The notes under the pieces: model-generated
The model's database searches: none
The model's input: the letters and a program-made list of their open reading frames with translations, nothing else
Told to the model about the DNA's origin: nothing
NCBI GenBank assembly: GCA_964016885.1
Contig: OZ024740.1
Location: 31,744,001 to 31,808,000 of the forward strand
Origin: Eledone cirrhosa
Lineage: Eukaryota
DNA length: 64,000 nucleotides
Direction of reading: 5' to 3'
Shown: piece after piece, positions 62,801 to 64,000 of the stretch
Layout: each line of letters starts with the position of its first letter
Position numbering within the stretch: the first letter of the stretch is position 1
Translations under genes and position numbers: made by a program

Positions 62801-64000
62801 AACAGTTGACCATATATGATATCAGTACACTATATAACACTAGTGTACAGGCACAGTTGACTATATATGATATCAGTACAATATATAACACTAATGTACA
62901 GACACAGTTGACTATATATGATATCAGTACAACATATAACACTAATGTACAGACACAGTTGACTATATATGATATCAGTACAATATATAACACTAATGTA
63001 CAGACACAGTTGACTATATATGATATCAGTACAATATGTAACACTAGTGTACAGACACGGTTGAATATATATGATATCACTACAATATGTAAAACTAGTG
63101 TACAGACACTGTTGACTATATATAATATCAGTACAATATGTAACACTAGTGTACAGACACAGTTGACTATATATGATATCAGTACAATATATAACACTAG
63201 TGTACAGACACAGTTGACTATATATGATATTAGTATAATATATAACACTAGTGTACAGACACAGTTGACTATATATGATATCGGTACGATATATAACACT
63301 AGTGTACAGACACAGTTGACTATATATGATATTAGTACAATATGTAACACTAGTGTACAGATACAGTTGACTATATATGATATCAGTACAATATATAACA
63401 CTAATGTACAGACACAGTTGACTATATATGATATCAGTACAATATGTAACACTAGTGTACAGACACAGTTGAATATATATGATATCACTACAATATGTAA
63501 AACTAGTGTACAGACACTGTTGACGATATATGATATCAGTACAATATGTAACACTAGTGTACAGACACAGTTGACTATATATGATATCAGTACAATATAT
63601 AACACTAGTGTACAGACACAGTTGACTATATATGATATCAGTACAATATGTAACACTAGTGTACAGACACAGTTGACTATATATTATATCAGTACAATAT
63701 GTAACACTAGTGTACAGACACAGTTGACTATATATGATATCAGTACAATATATAACACTAATGTACAGACACAGTTGACTATATATGATATCAGTACAAT
63801 ATATAACACTAGTGTACAGACACAGTTGACTATATATGATATCAGTACAATATATAACACTAGTGTACAGACACAGTTGACTATATATGATATCAGTACA
63901 ATATATAACACTAGTGTACAGACAAAGTTGACTATATATGATATCAGTACAATATATAACACTAGTGTACAGACACAGTTGACTATATATGATATCAGTA
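59900..64000 (+). repeat. Variant-rich subdomain with short local HOR periods (1377 and 918 bp)
   Basis: The CAGGCACAG-containing cassette occurs at 60553, 61930 and 62848 (spacings 27x51 and 18x51). Confidence 0.85.

Larger units (their letters stand above)
1..64000 (+). repeat. Satellite DNA array of a 51-bp monomer (consensus GACTATATATGATATCAGTACAATATATAACACTAGTGTACAGACACAGTT), ~1,250 head-to-tail copies, open at both window ends
   Basis: Bases 1-51 recur at 52, 103, ... to the end of the window. Most copies differ from consensus at 0-2 positions. All copies have the same orientation and no non-repeat sequence was seen. The ORF track shows the matching 17-aa periodicity everywhere. Confidence 0.99.

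Noticed and set aside
2121-63962. Long - strand ORFs (up to 2510 aa) of (VLYIVLISYIVNCVCTL)n and (YCTDIIYSQLCLYTSVI)n
   Set aside because: They are overlapping alternative frames of the same repeat, swap frames at indels, and show no protein-like complexity.
1-64000. CRISPR-like regular periodicity with palindromic repeats
   Set aside because: There are no unique spacers, since the entire 51 bp is repeated, and no cas genes or leader.
1-64000. Possible sequencing/amplification artefact (rolling-circle concatemer) or synthetic DNA
   Set aside because: Rare variants recur in ordered, nested blocks at many exact multiples of 51, which fits evolutionary duplication and not random error on one template. 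Exact HOR copy number could still be misassembled.
1-64000. Telomeric repeat, transposon terminal array, or tRNA/rRNA-derived repeat
   Set aside because: No G-rich telomere motif, no flanks or element ends in the window, and no recognisable structural RNA similarity.

Overview
The whole 64 kb window is one uninterrupted, head-to-tail, single-orientation tandem array (satellite DNA) of an AT-rich 51-bp monomer. The consensus is GACTATATATGATATCAGTACAATATATAACACTAGTGTACAGACACAGTT (15/51 G+C, about 29%), in roughly 1,250 copies, and the array runs off both ends of the window. I see no unique sequence, genes, RNA genes, transposon insertions, inversions or CRISPR spacers. All ORFs in the track are by-products of a 51-bp (17-codon) unit that has no stop codon in 3 of 6 frames. 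The real information is in the order of variant monomers, which shows a nested higher-order repeat (HOR) architecture. Observed periods include 153, 306, 714/765, 918, 1377, 2601, ~3926-3928, 5964, 7699 and ~11,500-12,000 bp. A left domain (to ~40.7 kb) is marked by a 53-bp and a 48-bp variant monomer. A right domain (from ~43 kb) is marked by a 25-bp slippage duplication that has begun to expand. This looks like eukaryotic satellite DNA (inference); organism and function cannot be determined from the sequence. I found no evidence of a novel gene-encoded system. Coordinates and counts were read by eye and cross-checked by modular arithmetic on the 51-bp period.
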